Shown here one piece after another: positions 40,675 to 56,573 of a DNA stretch of 64,000 nucleotides. Source of the stretch: Thalia democratica (taxonomy: Eukaryota). The notes below the pieces were generated by a model. The model was not told the origin of the DNA and made no database searches. It worked only from the letters and a program-made list of their open reading frames with translations. Location: the NCBI GenBank assembly GCA_965202585.1, contig OZ241831.1:14818001-14882000 (forward strand), in the 5' to 3' direction. Numbering within the stretch: the first letter of the stretch is position 1; each line of letters begins with the position of its first letter. A program made the translations under genes and the position numbers.

Positions 40675-41259
40675 TTATTTCTTGCAGCTCTTCTTGGTAC
40701 TTGCCTTCTTAGATGCTTTTTTGGCTACCGGCTTCTTCTTGGTTACTTTCTTCTTCTTGCTTGCAGCTTTTTTAGATGCTGCCTTCTTAGGAGCACACTT
40801 TTTAGCAGGTCGCTTTTTGGCTGCTGGTTTTTTCGCTGCCTTCTTGGGAGCACACTTCTTTACTCGTTTCTTTGCTGCGGCCTTCTTTACTGCTGGCTTT
40901 TTAGCTACTTTTTTTGTCCTCTTCTTGGGACCAGCAGCTGGCATTGGAGCAAGCTTGAACGAGCCGGAAGCGCCTTTTCCAGTAGTCTGGAGAAAAGAAC
41001 CTTTGGTCACGCCGCTGGTAAGTGCTCTCTTCAAGTGAGAATTAGAAGCTGAAAGGTCAAGCTTGTAGGTGTCCGCGATATATTTTTGTATCTTCTGGCG
41101 GGATGTACCTTTTCGTTCCTTCATTGCTCCCAGGGCAGAGCTAATCATCTCCCTGTAAGTCGGGTGTTCTGCCTTCTTGGCGCTTGGTCTCTTGGAAGAC
41201 CTGGCCTTGGCTGCGGCCGCCGCTGCTACTGCTGGTGCTGCTACTGCTGTGGTAGACAT
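40675..41259 (-). CDS. H1: Linker histone H1, unit 5 (194 aa)
   Basis: Same protein as unit 4. Confidence 0.96.
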   Translation of the reverse strand: MSTTAVAAPAVAAAAAAKARSSKRPSAKKAEHPTYREMISSALGAMKERKGTSRQKIQKYIADTYKLDLSASNSHLKRALTSGVTKGSFLQTTGKGASGSFKLAPMPAAGPKKRTKKVAKKPAVKKAAAKKRVKKCAPKKAAKKPAAKKRPAKKCAPKKAASKKAASKKKKVTKKKPVAKKASKKASTKKSCKK

Positions 41260-44200
41260 TTTGTATGTATTTTAAAGCAACCGAAACAATACTTTTAGTA
41301 GTTACTGACTGTGACGAATTGACTGTTGAGCAGTTTTACTTTGTGAAGTACCTTTTACTGATTGTTACGAGCATTAGCATGTGAGTTTAAAGCGCATATG
41401 CTCATAAAAGCATAGTTATTTTTTTACGAACGTCAAAAACATTCCAGTGACAAAGAAACCAGACTTAGCCTGGTCGGAAACAGAGTTTTTTTTAAAGCTT
41501 AGCTTTAAAGGTCCAGAAAAACAGTCTAAAAGTTACAGCACACCTCTGCATTTAATGATATAAACCTCAAATGAAACAAAATATACTACTACACATCCGG
41601 TTTAGTTTTCTTCAGCTGCAAACTTAAAACTGTAAGATTTTAGACAAGCACAAGTGTTTTTTTCCACTTCAAGCTTAAGTTAAGTTTTATTATTTTAATT
41701 TCATTCGGTTTTGTCAATTGTAAAACCCATGAAGTATGTTTAACTTGATTACAACTTTAATTGTGCTGGTTAGTAAAAAGTAATTCATAAACAAACACAA
41801 GTATTTAATTTATGACACTTTACAAGTTATCATTACTTTAAGTATACTTATATTGAAAATGGCAGTACTAAACCACCTAAAAAAACTTAAGTACATAAGT
41901 TTTGAATTTGTTCTTCCACATACTAGTAACTTATCTTTTCAAAAATGTTCTGAACAGTAGCCATACAAAACTTGTTAAAAAGCTAGAAACTAATGTTTAA
42001 CAAAGTTTGTTATATAAAACAGTCCCAACTAGTTACTAGTATTTCACAGTTAGAAAAATTTGAAACAACTTTTTAAAACTGTTACACAGTTGTTTAGATT
42101 TTTTAACAACGTTTTATTTGTTATACTCAAAGCTGAACTAAGAACTTTTTCTTTGTAGATTTCATGAAAAGAAAGCGAACAAATGGATTTGATCGTAACT
42201 TTCCAAAACAAGACGAAATAACTTACACTTAAATGAATATCAGTACTGTTCACTTATGTTCAAAGAAAAGGACCGAAATTTCAATATGAAGTTTAAAAGA
42301 GTTGCTTATTTTGAGACGAAAAACTTTACTTAAAAAAAGAGGTTAGGCTAATTTTAAAAGTAGTATCAAGTAAGTAACGATCATAAAAAAAAATATCAGT
42401 GTTTCATAACTAATTTGAAAAACTAGATTGGATAAACTTTTTTTTACATTCAGTACTCATAAACTTGCGATGTGTTTAAGAAAGTCTATTTGACAATCAT
42501 TTGTTGGATTAGTTCTTCATACTTATTATGAAAGTTTCTAGTTTATCTTAAACATTTTCAATAATAAATGACACACTAACTAGACTGTCATTTAGTTGTA
42601 GACTTATTTTGTCTGTTGCTTTCATTTTGCTATTTATATAAAAGCCATAACTTTATTTTTTATAAGCGTTTCGTTCTGCTCTAGACTTTTAACAAATATT
42701 ACTTGAAATAAACAGTTGCAGTAGTTTTTAGTTATCAAGTTGTCTCATACACAGTCTTCAATAAAGTTACAAAGCTGTTTACTTCTTTTCCTTTGCATAA
42801 TGTTTCAGCTATTGGTTTTTTTACGCGTTGATGTTTTATGTTAAAAATCCATAAGCAACTAAGTTTAATAAAACAAGTCTAAGATTTGTAAAAAAATTCA
42901 ACTTTGCTATTCATGACAGTTGTACTGAAATTGAATGCTTTTTGGTCGTTTTTTTTCTTTAGAACAATCACTGTTGTTTACATTTATTTATGTTTGAAAA
43001 TACATTTTGATAAGCATGATCAGTATAATTTTCATGAATAAACCTCTACTGTTCAAGTATTTTTAAAAATAAAACGAAATTTATTAAAACTAACTGTTTT
43101 ATTTTCATTCCATAATGAAATTACTTTTTATAGTGACGTAGAACAAGTTTTAAAAATTAAGTTTAGTATTTATTAAATTAAAAAAAAGTCTACGAAGTAA
43201 GCATGGTTGAGAATTTTTTTTTGTCTAAATAAAGAAGTTAACAAGAAAAAGCCTTTGGACAACACGTTTAAGTTAGTTGAAGCTTTTTATGAAACATCAA
43301 ATTACAACTAGTTTACAAAACTTATTCCACGATTTAGGCAATACTTTCAAAACATAAAACTAGCTCTCTTATCAAAAGTTGCTTAGAATGTCCAGTAAAA
43401 GTACAAAGGCAATAGTAAGTATGCATAACTAGGTGACAAAAGAAAAGACAGAAAAAATATTATTTAGAAGTAAAATGTGTCATTCAACTAGCTCTAACTC
43501 TTACTTTTGATCCTTTACCACCACAAAGTTGGTTGAGTTGCACATTTTTGTTGTTTGTTTAACACTGCTTAGTAGACTTTAAAGCTGGTTAAATAAACTG
43601 GTTGTCCTGATTACATTAGATTAACTTGATAAAGCTATAAGTAATGCTAGATCAACTAAAAGATGTAAGCTTTTTAAAGTTTTAATAGATTCGAAATGTT
43701 CTTTTTCGTTCATGTTGTGATGCATATATGTTGTTTTTTGTTTATGTATTTATGAGTTGTAATGCATGTTTTAAATGTGTTTTAGTTAAAGTTATTTTCT
43801 GAAACGATACAACATAAATTAGACCCAAAGCTAAACTAATTTTCAACTTGATAAATCTGTGAACAATTTGAGTTCAATAAAAAGCTTTTTAAAAAGAATT
43901 CGGTTGTAATACATGATGGTTGTTGTACTGAAATTGCAGTTTTGTTGATTTTTTTATTTTGGTTTGAACAGCTTCTGTTGTTAACTGTATTTTAAACTGT
44001 TTTATTTAGTTTGAGTTGCATTGTAATAAAAAGAAATAATACATTTTAGAAACTACTGGTTTATTAGATTGTAATTGTTAATATCCAAAGTTAATTTTGT
44101 TTTATTATAATTTAATGTATTATTTTCATATAAAATCTAATACTTTTTACAGTGACGTAGAACAGTATTTTTTAAATAAACTAAATACTTTTTTAATTTT

Positions 44201-47092
44201 ACAAAAAGAAGTATACAAAATAAGCATAACGGGAATAAGTTTTGTTTAAAGAAAGAAGTTTACAAGAAAATCTTATGGACACAAAAATCAAGTTAGTTGA
44301 AGCTTTCTGCGAAACGTATATTTATTTGTAATGTAACAGACTTAAGCAATGGTTTTTAAATGCAACTAGCTCCCTCCTCAAAAGTAGTTTAAAATGTCAT
44401 GTAAGAGAACAAAAACAATTGTAAATACAAGTATGTGACAAAAAGTTAAAACACAAAAGTATAAGTTAGAAGTAAACTGTTTCATACAAACATTCTAACT
44501 CACCTTTTACCAGCACAAAAAACAATAAGTTTGGTTCGTTTTTGTCGTCTAGTTAGAGCTTGTTTAATGCTGCTTAGTGGACATTGATATCTGGTTGAAT
44601 CAGTTGGTGGTCCTTATCACTTTAGACTTATAACAGAAATAACTATAGACTGTAAAAGTCGTTTTAAGTCATCAAGTTGTCTCACATATAGTTGTAACAA
44701 GTAATACAAATGAGTGGTGACAAGCTGTTACTTCTTTTCCTTTCAGCTTATAAATTGAGTTCTTTCATGTATTCGACTAGTTAAGCAATTAAAAACAAAC
44801 TAAATAGATGTCAGCTTTGTAAAATAAAAGTTTTAATGATAAGCTTTCATCAATTATTTCAGCTATTTTTGTTTTGGTAAATCGCGTACTTGTTTATAGT
44901 GTTGTTTTTCTTTGAACAATCGATGTTGTTTACATTTATGTATTTTAATGTATGATTTTTAAATTACTATGCATGTTTTTAATCGTGTTTTAGTTGTAAT
45001 TAAACTATATTTTTAGTGAAACAAATATTGTTTGTTGTTAACAATTGAAAACATACTTTGTTGATAAACCAAAGTAAGTTTTATTCTTATTACTACTTAA
45101 GTGTACTATTTTCATTGAAAAATATAACTAGTTTTTAAAGTGACGTAGCGTAACTTTTTTTAATAAGTTAAAAAACAAATAGTTGTTGAATGTTTAAGAA
45201 AAGTCCACAAAGTAAGAACGATTAAGATAGAGTTCCTAGAAAAAAAAACATATCAAGAAGAAAAAGACATCCAAGTTAGTTAATTATGTTAAGCATTCAA
45301 TTACAGTAGGCAATAAATTAAGGATTATAGCAGTGATCACACTAGTTTACATCGCAAAAGTTAGATCAAAAATAATGTAAAAGTAGAGAAATCACAGCAA
45401 GCTTAACTGTTCAATTAATAATGGAAAGCGATAAAATATAGTTTGGAAGTAAACAGTGTTGTTCAGAGTTCTTTGATCCTTTATCATCACAAAGTAGATT
45501 TAGTATGTAAATTTGTGTCATTGAGTTTAGTACACATTAGAAGCTTGCATCAATGACTGGTGATCCACGTAAGCTTTAGACTCATGGAAAATACAAAGAA
45601 AAAACAAATGATTTTTGGAGTTGTCTCATATACAGTATAAAAAAGAGATCAAGTTGTTCATTTTTTCTTTTGTATCATGTTTTTATGTGTCGACGTTTTT
45701 GTTTGATAGAGCCACAAACAATTTGAGTTCAACGAAACAAGTTTAAATATTTGTAAATATTTCAACTGTACTCTTAAACTATTGTTGTACTGAAACTGTA
45801 TGTTTGTTTTGAACAGTCGCTGTTGTATACATTAATGCATTGTACAACTTTCAATCTGCTTTTTATGGTTTCAGTTGCATTCTAACTAACAAGACTAGTA
45901 TACTTTGAAAAATTAAACCTCAGTTTAATTCTTATCTTTGACTAAAATGTTTTTGATATCAATACAAATTCAAGTTTTCTTCTCATTATAATCAACTGAA
46001 ATTTGAATTTGAAAATTTAACTAATTTTTTCAGTGACATGGTATTATTTTAGATATTTCATTTATAAAACTTATTTTGATATTAAAAATAACATTGTCTG
46101 TTTGAAAAACTTGTCCACAAAGTAAGCATGAATAAGAATAAATTTTGTTTAATATACCTATTGAAAAACATTTTTACCTAACATTCAAATACTATTAAGA
46201 AAGGAAAACAGATAAATATTATCATTTAGAAGTAAAATGTTTAGATACATTAGTAACTGGTTAAATCAGTTGGTGGTCCTGATTATTTTAGATTTATAAC
46301 CAACATAACTTAGAACAAACAATTAAAGTTACTTTAGGTCATCAAGTCGTCTAACACCTAGTCTAAACAAGTAACTTTACCATGAAAATAATAAAACAAG
46401 CATTTTTTAACCGTGTTTAAGCTAAAGCTGGTTTGTATCATAGGGTGATGTTTTGGCTTGAAATGATATCTTAAATAAGCTAAATAGATGTCAGCCTTGT
46501 AGGTGGGAATACTTAAATGTGTTTGAAATTCACATTTGTTATCTTTTGTTCTGAACTTTTATTTCTATTTATATACTTATAACTTTTTAAAACATTTTAC
46601 ATGGTTTCAACTGCATTTAAGTTGATAAAAAGAAGACGTTTAAAAGTTAAACCTTTGTTGTGTTGCTGATAATCAACAACAACAACTTAAAAATGTAACA
46701 AAAACTAAGGTTTTTTTTGTTATAAGTTGAGTATACGTTACTGTATTATCTTTTTCTAAACACTTATTTACTGAATTTTAACAGAAATTCAACAAATGAA
46801 CAAGAAGTTGTATAGAAAAAAAAAAGTTCACGGACAACGTATTGAAGTTAGTTAAATCCTTTTTTACATATACTACTGTTTTTTCAAATTAGACTTGAGC
46901 AATGGTAACCATAAGATTAAAACTTGAAAGTACGACAAATTTTAAATCAAACAACTAAAGTGTTTGATCTTTTAATTCTTATAACAACCAGTTTGTTTGT
47001 ACAATTATCAATTTGTGGCTTGTACTTTAAGTAGATATCAATAGCCGGTTTTGTTCAAATGGTGGTCCTAAAAAGGACCGGTTGTTGAGCAT

Positions 47093-47452
47093 TTATTTTG
47101 AGCTGGTGTACTTGGTAACAGCTTTAGTTCCCTCTGAAACTGCGTGCTTTGACAACTCGCCGGGGAGCAAGAGCCTGACAGCAGTTTGAATTTCGCGGCT
47201 GCTCACAGTTGACCTCTTGTTGTAATGAGCCAAACGTGAAGCCTCTGCTGCAATGCGCTCGAAGATGTCGTTGACAAATGAGTTCATGATTCCCATCGCC
47301 TTGCTGGAAATTCCGGTGTCGGGGTGCACTTGCTTCAAAACTTTGTACACGTAGATGCCAAAGCTTTCTTTGTGCCTCCTCCTTCGCTTCTTCTTGCCGT
47401 CGACCGGGGTGGTCTTGGCTACTGACTTCTTCGCGCCTTTGGTTGCGGTCAT
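47093..47452 (-). CDS. H2B: Histone H2B, unit 6
   Basis: 119 aa, identical protein. Confidence 0.98.
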   Translation of the reverse strand: MTATKGAKKSVAKTTPVDGKKKRRRRHKESFGIYVYKVLKQVHPDTGISSKAMGIMNSFVNDIFERIAAEASRLAHYNKRSTVSSREIQTAVRLLLPGELSKHAVSEGTKAVTKYTSSK

Positions 47453-47611
47453 GATGATGTGTGAACTTCAGTCTCGGCGCCAGCTTATATACTGAAAGTT
47501 TATGCAAATTAGCATTTCCGTACGCGAACGACAGCCTCTCTCATTTTATGATTCTCTCGTTTGTCGTAAATATTTTTAGGTGGTCCTGAAAAGGACCTGG
47601 TTTGTTTCAAC

Positions 47612-47992
47612 TTAGGCTGATTTTTTTGAAGCGGTCTTCTTGGGCAATAATACTGCCTGGATGTTTGGAAGAACACCTCCTTGAGCAATAGTGACGCCGC
47701 CGAGAAGTTTGTTCAACTCTTCGTCGTTGCGGATAGCTAGTTGCAAATGGCGGGGAATGATCCTGCTTTTCTTGTTGTCACGAGCAGCGTTACCGGCAAG
47801 CTCGAGCACTTCTGCGCTCAAATACTCGAGAACGGCAGCCAGATAAACTGGAGCACCAGCTCCGACTCTTTGGCTGTAGTTGCCAGTGCGCAACAGGCGG
47901 TGCACGCGACCGACTGGAAACTGCAGTCCTGCACGAGAAGACCTGCTCTTCGGCTTAGATTTGAGTTTTGATCCTTTACCACGTCCCGACAT
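47612..47992 (-). CDS. H2A: Histone H2A, unit 6
   Basis: 126 aa from MSGRGK. Confidence 0.98.
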   Translation of the reverse strand: MSGRGKGSKLKSKPKSRSSRAGLQFPVGRVHRLLRTGNYSQRVGAGAPVYLAAVLEYLSAEVLELAGNAARDNKKSRIIPRHLQLAIRNDEELNKLLGGVTIAQGGVLPNIQAVLLPKKTASKKSA

Positions 47993-48186
47993 CTTGTTGT
48001 TCGAATGATTGTGCCAAGATGCTCGCACAGCTCTGTATAAAACTCAAACCTAACCGCGTCGAACGAACAACTAATTTGCATATGTCGTAGCTGCTCTTTA
48101 ATCTTGTCAAAATGTTTGTTTAGCAGTGTTGAAGAAATTTGATTTTGAAATGGGTGGTCCTAAAAAGGACCGAGTTTGCTAAATGT

Positions 48187-48531
<345 letters not shown>

Positions 48532-48687
48532 TTATTTATAAGCTGTTACGGACGCGTACGGTTACTACTAAACTAATTTGCATACTCAGAAAAGTCTCTA
48601 ACTTACATTCTTTCGTTTGGTTTATTTTCTCTCACTATCAAACAAAGTTTAAAAGTGGCCCTGAAAAGGACCGGTTTTAGCTAATGC

Positions 48688-49195
<508 letters not shown>

Positions 49196-49256
49196 TCATT
49201 TTTTGTTAATATTTTGATTGAGTGGTCCTGAAAAGGACCTTGGGTAAAAGAACAAC

Positions 49257-49841
49257 TTATTTCTTGCAGCTCTTCTTGGTACTTGCCTTCTTAGATGCTT
49301 TTTTGGCTACCGGCTTCTTCTTGGTTACTTTCTTCTTCTTGCTTGCAGCTTTTTTAGATGCTGCCTTCTTAGGAGCACACTTTTTAGCAGGTCGCTTTTT
49401 GGCTGCTGGTTTTTTCGCTGCCTTCTTGGGAGCACACTTCTTTACTCGTTTCTTTGCTGCGGCCTTCTTTACTGCTGGCTTTTTAGCTACTTTTTTTGTC
49501 CTCTTCTTGGGACCAGCAGCTGGCATTGGAGCAAGCTTGAACGAGCCGGAAGCGCCTTTTCCAGTAGTCTGGAGAAAAGAACCTTTGGTCACGCCGCTGG
49601 TAAGTGCTCTCTTCAAGTGAGAATTAGAAGCTGAAAGGTCAAGCTTGTAGGTGTCCGCGATATATTTTTGTATCTTCTGGCGGGATGTACCTTTTCGTTC
49701 CTTCATTGCTCCCAGGGCAGAGCTAATCATCTCCCTGTAAGTCGGGTGTTCTGCCTTCTTGGCGCTTGGTCTCTTGGAAGACCTGGCCTTGGCTGCGGCC
49801 GCCGCTGCTACTGCTGGTGCTGCTACTGCTGTGGTAGACAT
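49257..49841 (-). CDS. H1: Linker histone H1, unit 6 (194 aa)
   Basis: Same protein as unit 4. Confidence 0.96.
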   Translation of the reverse strand: MSTTAVAAPAVAAAAAAKARSSKRPSAKKAEHPTYREMISSALGAMKERKGTSRQKIQKYIADTYKLDLSASNSHLKRALTSGVTKGSFLQTTGKGASGSFKLAPMPAAGPKKRTKKVAKKPAVKKAAAKKRVKKCAPKKAAKKPAAKKRPAKKCAPKKAASKKAASKKKKVTKKKPVAKKASKKASTKKSCKK

Positions 49842-52800
49842 TTTGTATGTATTTTAAAGCAACCGAAACAATACTTTTAGTAGTTACTGACTGTGACGAA
49901 TTGACTGTTGAGCAGTTTTACTTTGTGAAGTACCTTTTACTGATTGTTACGAGCATTAGCATGTGAGTTTAAAGCGCATATGCTCATAAAAGCATAGTTA
50001 TTTTTTTACGAACGTCAAAAACATTCCAGTGACAAAGAAACCAGACTTAGCCTGGTCGGAAACAGAGTTTTTTTTAAAGCTTAGCTTTAAAGGTCCAGAA
50101 AAACAGTCTAAAAGTTACAGCACACCTCTGCATATAATGATATAAACCTCAAATGAAACAAAATATACTACTACACATCCGGTTTAGTTTTCTTCAGCTG
50201 CAAACTTAAAACTGTAAGATTTTAGACAAGCACAAGTGTTTTTTTCCACTTCAAGCTTAAGTTAAGTTTTATTATTTTAATTTCATTCGGTTTTGTCAAT
50301 TGTAAAACCCATGAAGTATGTTTAACTTGATTACAACTTTAATTGTGCTGGTTAGTAAAAAGTAATTCATAAACAAACACAAGTATTTAATTTATGACAC
50401 TTTACAAGTTATCATTACTTTAAGTATACTTATATTGAAAATGGCAGTACTAAACCACCTAAAAAAACTTAAGTACATAAGTTTTGAATTTGTTCTTCCA
50501 CATACTAGTAACTTATCTTTTCAAAAATGTTCTGAACAGTAGCCATACAAAACTTGTTAAAAAGCTAGAAACTAATGTTTAACAAAGTTTGTTATATAAA
50601 ACAGTCCCAACTAGTTACTAGTATTTCACAGTTAGAAAAATTTGAAGCAACTTTTTAAAACTGTTACACAGTTGTTTAGATTTTTTAACAACGTTTTATT
50701 TGTTATACTCAAAGCTGAACTAAGAACTTTTTCTTTGTAGATTTCATGAAAAGAAAGCGAACAAATGGATTTGATCGTAACTTTCCAAAACAAGACGAAA
50801 TAACTTACACTTAAATGAATATCAGTACTGTTCACTTATGTTCAAAGAAAAGGACCGAAATTTCAATATGAAGTTTAAAAGAGTTGCTTATTTTGAGACG
50901 AAAAACTTTACTTAAAAAAAGAGGTTAGGCTAATTTTAAAAGTAGTATCAAGTAAGTAACGATCATAAAAAAAAATATCAGTGTTTCATAACTAATTTGA
51001 AAAACTAGATTGGATAAACTTTTTTTTACATTCAGTACTCATAAACTTGCGATGTGTTTAAGAAAGTCTATTTGACAATCATTTGTTGGATTAGTTCTTC
51101 ATACTTATTATGAAAGTTTCTAGTTTATCTTAAACATTTTCAATAATAAATGACACACTAACTAGACTGTCATTTAGTTGTAGACTTATTTTGTCTGTTG
51201 CTTTCATTTTGCTATTTATATAAAAGCCATAACTTTATTTTTTATAAGCGTTTCGTTCTGCTCTAGACTTTTAACAAATATTACTTGAAATAAACAGTTG
51301 CAGTAGTTTTTAGTTATCAAGTTGTCTCATACACAGTCTTCAATAAAGTTACAAAGCTGTTTACTTCTTTTCCTTTGCATAATGTTTCAGCTATTGGTTT
51401 TTTTACGCGTTGATGTTTTATGTTAAAAATCCATAAGCAACTAAGTTTAATAAAACAAGTCTAAGATTTGTAAAAAAATTCAACTTTGCTATTCATGACA
51501 GTTGTACTGAAATTGAATGCTTTTTGGTCGTTTTTTTTCTTTAGAACAATCACTGTTGTTTACATTTATTTATGTTTGAAAATACATTTTGATAAGCATG
51601 ATCAGTATAATTTTCATGAATAAACCTCTACTGTTCAAGTATTTTTAAAAATAAAACGAAATTTATTAAAACTAACTGTTTTATTTTCATTCCATAATGA
51701 AATTACTTTTTATAGTGACGTAGAACAAGTTTTAAAAATTAAGTTTAGTATTTATTAAATTAAAAAAAAGTCTACGAAGTAAGCATGGTTGAGAATTTTT
51801 TTTTGTCTAAATAAAGAAGTTAACAAGAAAAAGCCTTTGGACAACACGTTTAAGTTAGTTGAAGCTTTTTATGAAACATCAAATTACAACTAGTTTACAA
51901 AACTTATTCCACGATTTAGGCAATACTTTCAAAACATAAAACTAGCTCTCTTATCAAAAGTTGCTTAGAATGTCCAGTAAAAGTACAAAGGCAATAGTAA
52001 GTATGCATAACTAGGTGACAAAAGAAAAGACAGAAAAAATATTATTTAGAAGTAAAATGTGTCATTCAACTAGCTCTAACTCTTACTTTTGATCCTTTAC
52101 CACCACAAAGTTGGTTGAGTTGCACATTTTTGTTGTTTGTTTAACACTGCTTAGTAGACTTTAAAGCTGGTTAAATAAACTGGTTGTCCTGATTACATTA
52201 GATTAACTTGATAAAGCTATAAGTAATGCTAGATCAACTAAAAGATGTAAGCTTTTTAAAGTTTTAATAGATTCGAAATGTTCTTTTTCGTTCATGTTGT
52301 GATGCATATATGTTGTTTTTTGTTTATGTATTTATGAGTTGTAATGCATGTTTTAAATGTGTTTTAGTTAAAGTTATTTTCTGAAACGATACAACATAAA
52401 TTAGACCCAAAGCTAAACTAATTTTCAACTTGATAAATCTGTGAACAATTTGAGTTCAATAAAAAGCTTTTTAAAAAGAATTCGGTTGTAATACATGATG
52501 GTTGTTGTACTGAAATTGCAGTTTTGTTGATTTTTTTATTTTGGTTTGAACAGCTTCTGTTGTTAACTGTATTTTAAACTGTTTTATTTAGTTTGAGTTG
52601 CATTGTAATAAAAAGAAATAATACATTTTAGAAACTACTGGTTTATTAGATTGTAATTGTTAATATCCAAAGTTAATTTTGTTTTATTATAATTTAATGT
52701 ATTATTTTCATTTAAAATCTAATACTTTTTACAGTGACGTAGAACAGTATTTTTTAAATAAACTAAATACTTTTTTAATTTTACAAAAAGAAGTATACAA

Positions 52801-55673
52801 AATAAGCATAACGGGAATAAGTTTTGTTTAAAGAAAGAAGTTTACAAGAAAATCTTATGGACACAAAAATCAAGTTAGTTGAAGCTTTCTGCGAAACGTA
52901 TATTTATTTGTAATGTAACAGACTTAAGCAATGGTTTTTAAATGCAACTAGCTCCCTCCTCAAAAGTAGTTTAAAATGTCATGTAAGAGAACAAAAACAA
53001 TTGTAAATACAAGTATGTGACAAAAAGTTAAAACACAAAAGTATAAGTTAGAAGTAAACTGTTTCATACAAACATTCTAACTCACCTTTTACCAGCACAA
53101 AAAACAATAAGTTTGGTTCGTTTTTGTCGTCTAGTTAGAGCTTGTTTAATGCTGCTTAGTGGACATTGATATCTGGTTGAATCAGTTGGTGGTCCTTATC
53201 ACTTTAGACTTATAACAGAAATGACTATAGACTGTAAAAGTCGTTTTAAGTCATCAAGTTGTCTCACATATAGTTGTAACAAGTAATACAAATGAGTGGT
53301 GACAAGCTGTTACTTCTTTTCCTTTCAGCTTATAAATTGAGTTCTTTCATGTATTCGACTAGTTAAGCAATTAAAAACAAACTAAATAGATGTCAGCTTT
53401 GTAAAATAAAAGTTTTAATGATAAGCTTTCATCAATTATTTCAGCTATTTTTGTTTTGGTAAATCGCGTACTTGTTTATAGTGTTGTTTTTCTTTGAACA
53501 ATCGATGTTGTTTACATTTATGTATTTTAATGTATGATTTTTAAATTACTATGCATGTTTATAATCGTGTTTTAGTTGTAATTAAACTATATTTTTAGTG
53601 AAACAAATATTGTTTGTTGTTAACAATTGAAAACATACTTTGTTGATAAACCAAAGTAAGTTTTATTCTTATTACTACTTAAGTGTACTATTTTCATTGA
53701 AAAATATAACTAGTTTTTTAAGTGACGTAGCGTAACTTTTTTTAATAAGTTAAAAAACAAATAATTGTTGAATGTTTAAGAAAAGTCCACAAAGTAAGAA
53801 CGATTAAGATAGAGTTCTTAGAAAAAAAACATATCAAGAAGAAAAAGACATCCAAGTTAGTTAATTATGTTAAGCATTCAATTACAGTAGGCAATAAATT
53901 AAGGATTATAGCAGTGATCACACTAGTTTACATCGCAAAAGTTAGATCAAAAATAATGTAAAAGTAGAGAAATCACAGCAAGCTTAACTGTTCAATTAAT
54001 AATGGAAAGCGATAAAATATAGTTTGGAAGTAAACAGTGTTGTTCAGAGTTCTTTGATCCTTTATCATCACAAAGTAGATTTAGTATGTAAATTTGTGTC
54101 ATTGAGTTTAGTACACATTAGAAGCTTGCATCAATGACTGGTGATCCACGTAAGCTTTAGACTCATGGAAAATACAAAGAAAAAACAAATGATTTTTGGA
54201 GTTGTCTCATATACAGTATAAAAAAGAGATCAAGTTGTTCATTTTTTCTTTTGTATCATGTTTTTATGTGTCGACGTTTTTGTTTGATAGAGCCACAAAC
54301 AATTTGAGTTCAACGAAACAAGTTTAAATATTTGTAAATATTTCAACTGTACTCTTAAACTATTGTTGTACTGAAACTGTATGTTTGTTTTGAACAGTCG
54401 CTGTTGTATACATTAATGCATTGTACAACTTTCAATCTGCTTTTTATGGTTTCAGTTGCATTCTAACTAACAAGACTAGTATACTTTGAAAAATTAAACC
54501 TCAGTTTAATTCTTATCTTTGACTAAAATGTTTTTGATATCAATACAAATTCAAGTTTTCTTCTCATTATAATCAACTGAAATTTGAATTTGAAAATTTA
54601 ACTAATTTTTTCAGTGACATGGTATTATTTTAGATATTTCATTTATAAAACTTATTTTGATATTAAAAATAACATTGTCTGTTTGAAAAACTTGTCCACA
54701 AAGTAAGCATGAATAAGAATAAATTTTGTTTAATATACCTATTGAAAAACATTTTTACCTAACATTCAAATACTATTAAGAAAGGAAAACAGATAAATAT
54801 TATCATTTAGAAGTAAAATGTTTAGATACATTAGTAACTGGTTAAATCAGTTGGTGGTCCTGATTATTTTAGATTTATAACCAACATAACTTAGAACAAA
54901 CAATTAAAGTTACTTTAGGTCATCAAGTCGTCTAACACCTAGTCTAAACAAGTAACTTTACCATGAAAATAATAAAACAAGCATTTTTTAACCGTGTTTA
55001 AGCTAAAGCTGGTTTGTATCATAGGGTGATGTTTTGGCTTGAAATGATATCTTAAATAAGCTAAATAGATGTCAGCCTTGTAGGTGGGAATACTTAAATG
55101 TGTTTGAAATTCACATTTGTTATCTTTTGTTCTGAACTTTTATTTCTATTTATATACTTATAACTTTTTAAAACATTTTACATGGTTTCAACTGCATTTA
55201 AGTTGATAAAAAGAAGACGTTTAAAAGTTAAACCTTTGTTGTGTTGCTGATAATCAACAACAACAACTTAAAAATGTAACAAAAACTAAGGTTTTTTTTG
55301 TTATAAGTTGAGTATACGTTACTGTATTATCTTTTTCTAAACACTTATTTACTGAATTTTAACAGAAATTCAACAAATGAACAAGAAGTTGTATAGAAAA
55401 AAAAAAGTTCACGGACAACGTATTGAAGTTAGTTAAATCCTTTTTTACAGATACTACTGTTTTTTCAAATTAGACTTATGCAATGGTAACCATAAGATTA
55501 AAACTTAAAAGTACGACAAATTTTAAATCAAACAACTAAAGTGTTTGATCTTTTAATTCTTATAACAACCAGTTTGTTTGTACAATTATCAATTTGTGGC
55601 TTGTACTTTAAGTAGATATCAATAGCCGGTTTTGTTCAAATGGTGGTCCTAAAAAGGACCGGTTGTTGAGCAT

Positions 55674-56033
55674 TTATTTTGAGCTGGTGTACTTGGTAAC
55701 AGCTTTAGTTCCCTCTGAAACTGCGTGCTTTGACAACTCGCCGGGGAGCAAGAGCCTGACAGCAGTTTGAATTTCGCGGCTGCTCACAGTTGACCTCGTG
55801 TTGTAATGAGCCAAACGTGAAGCCTCTGCTGCAATGCGCTCGAAGATGTCGTTGACAAATGAGTTCATGATTCCCATCGCCTTGCTGGAAATTCCGGTGT
55901 CGGGGTGCACTTGCTTCAAAACTTTGTACACGTAGATGCCAAAGCTTTCTTTGTGCCTCCTCCTTCGCTTCTTCTTGCCGTCGACCGGGGTGGTCTTGGC
56001 TACTGACTTCTTCGCGCCTTTGGTTGCGGTCAT
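55674..56033 (-). CDS. H2B: Histone H2B, unit 7 (private K-to-T change, YNTRST)
   Basis: 119 aa; T>G at 55798. Confidence 0.96.
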   Translation of the reverse strand: MTATKGAKKSVAKTTPVDGKKKRRRRHKESFGIYVYKVLKQVHPDTGISSKAMGIMNSFVNDIFERIAAEASRLAHYNTRSTVSSREIQTAVRLLLPGELSKHAVSEGTKAVTKYTSSK

Positions 56034-56192
56034 GATGATGTGTGAACTTCAGTCTCGGCGCCAGCTTATATACTGAAAGTTTATGCAAATTAGCATTTCC
56101 GTACGCGAACGACAGCCTCTCTCATTTTATGATTCTCTCGTTTGTCGTAAATATTTTTAGGTGGTCCTGAAAAGGACCTGGTTTGTTTCAAC

Positions 56193-56573
56193 TTAGGCTG
56201 ATTTTTTTGAAGCGGTCTTCTTGGGCAATAATACTGCCTGGATGTTTGGAAGAACACCTCCTTGAGCAATAGTGACGCCGCCGAGAAGTTTGTTCAACTC
56301 TTCGTCGTTGCGGATAGCTAGTTGCAAATGGCGGGGAATGATCCTGCTTTTCTTGTTGTCACGAGCAGCGTTACCGGCAAGCTCGAGCACTTCTGCGCTC
56401 AAATACTCGAGAACGGCAGCCAGATAAACTGGAGCACCAGCTCCGACTCTTTGGCTGTAGTTGCCAGTGCGCAACAGGCGGTGCACGCGACCGACTGGAA
56501 ACTGCAGTCCTGCACGAGAAGACCTGCTCTTCGGCTTAGATTTGAGTTTTGATCCTATACCACGTCCCGACAT
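56193..56573 (-). CDS. H2A: Histone H2A, unit 7 (private K5I change)
   Basis: 126 aa starting MSGRGIGS; T>A at 56557. Confidence 0.96.
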   Translation of the reverse strand: MSGRGIGSKLKSKPKSRSSRAGLQFPVGRVHRLLRTGNYSQRVGAGAPVYLAAVLEYLSAEVLELAGNAARDNKKSRIIPRHLQLAIRNDEELNKLLGGVTIAQGGVLPNIQAVLLPKKTASKKSA

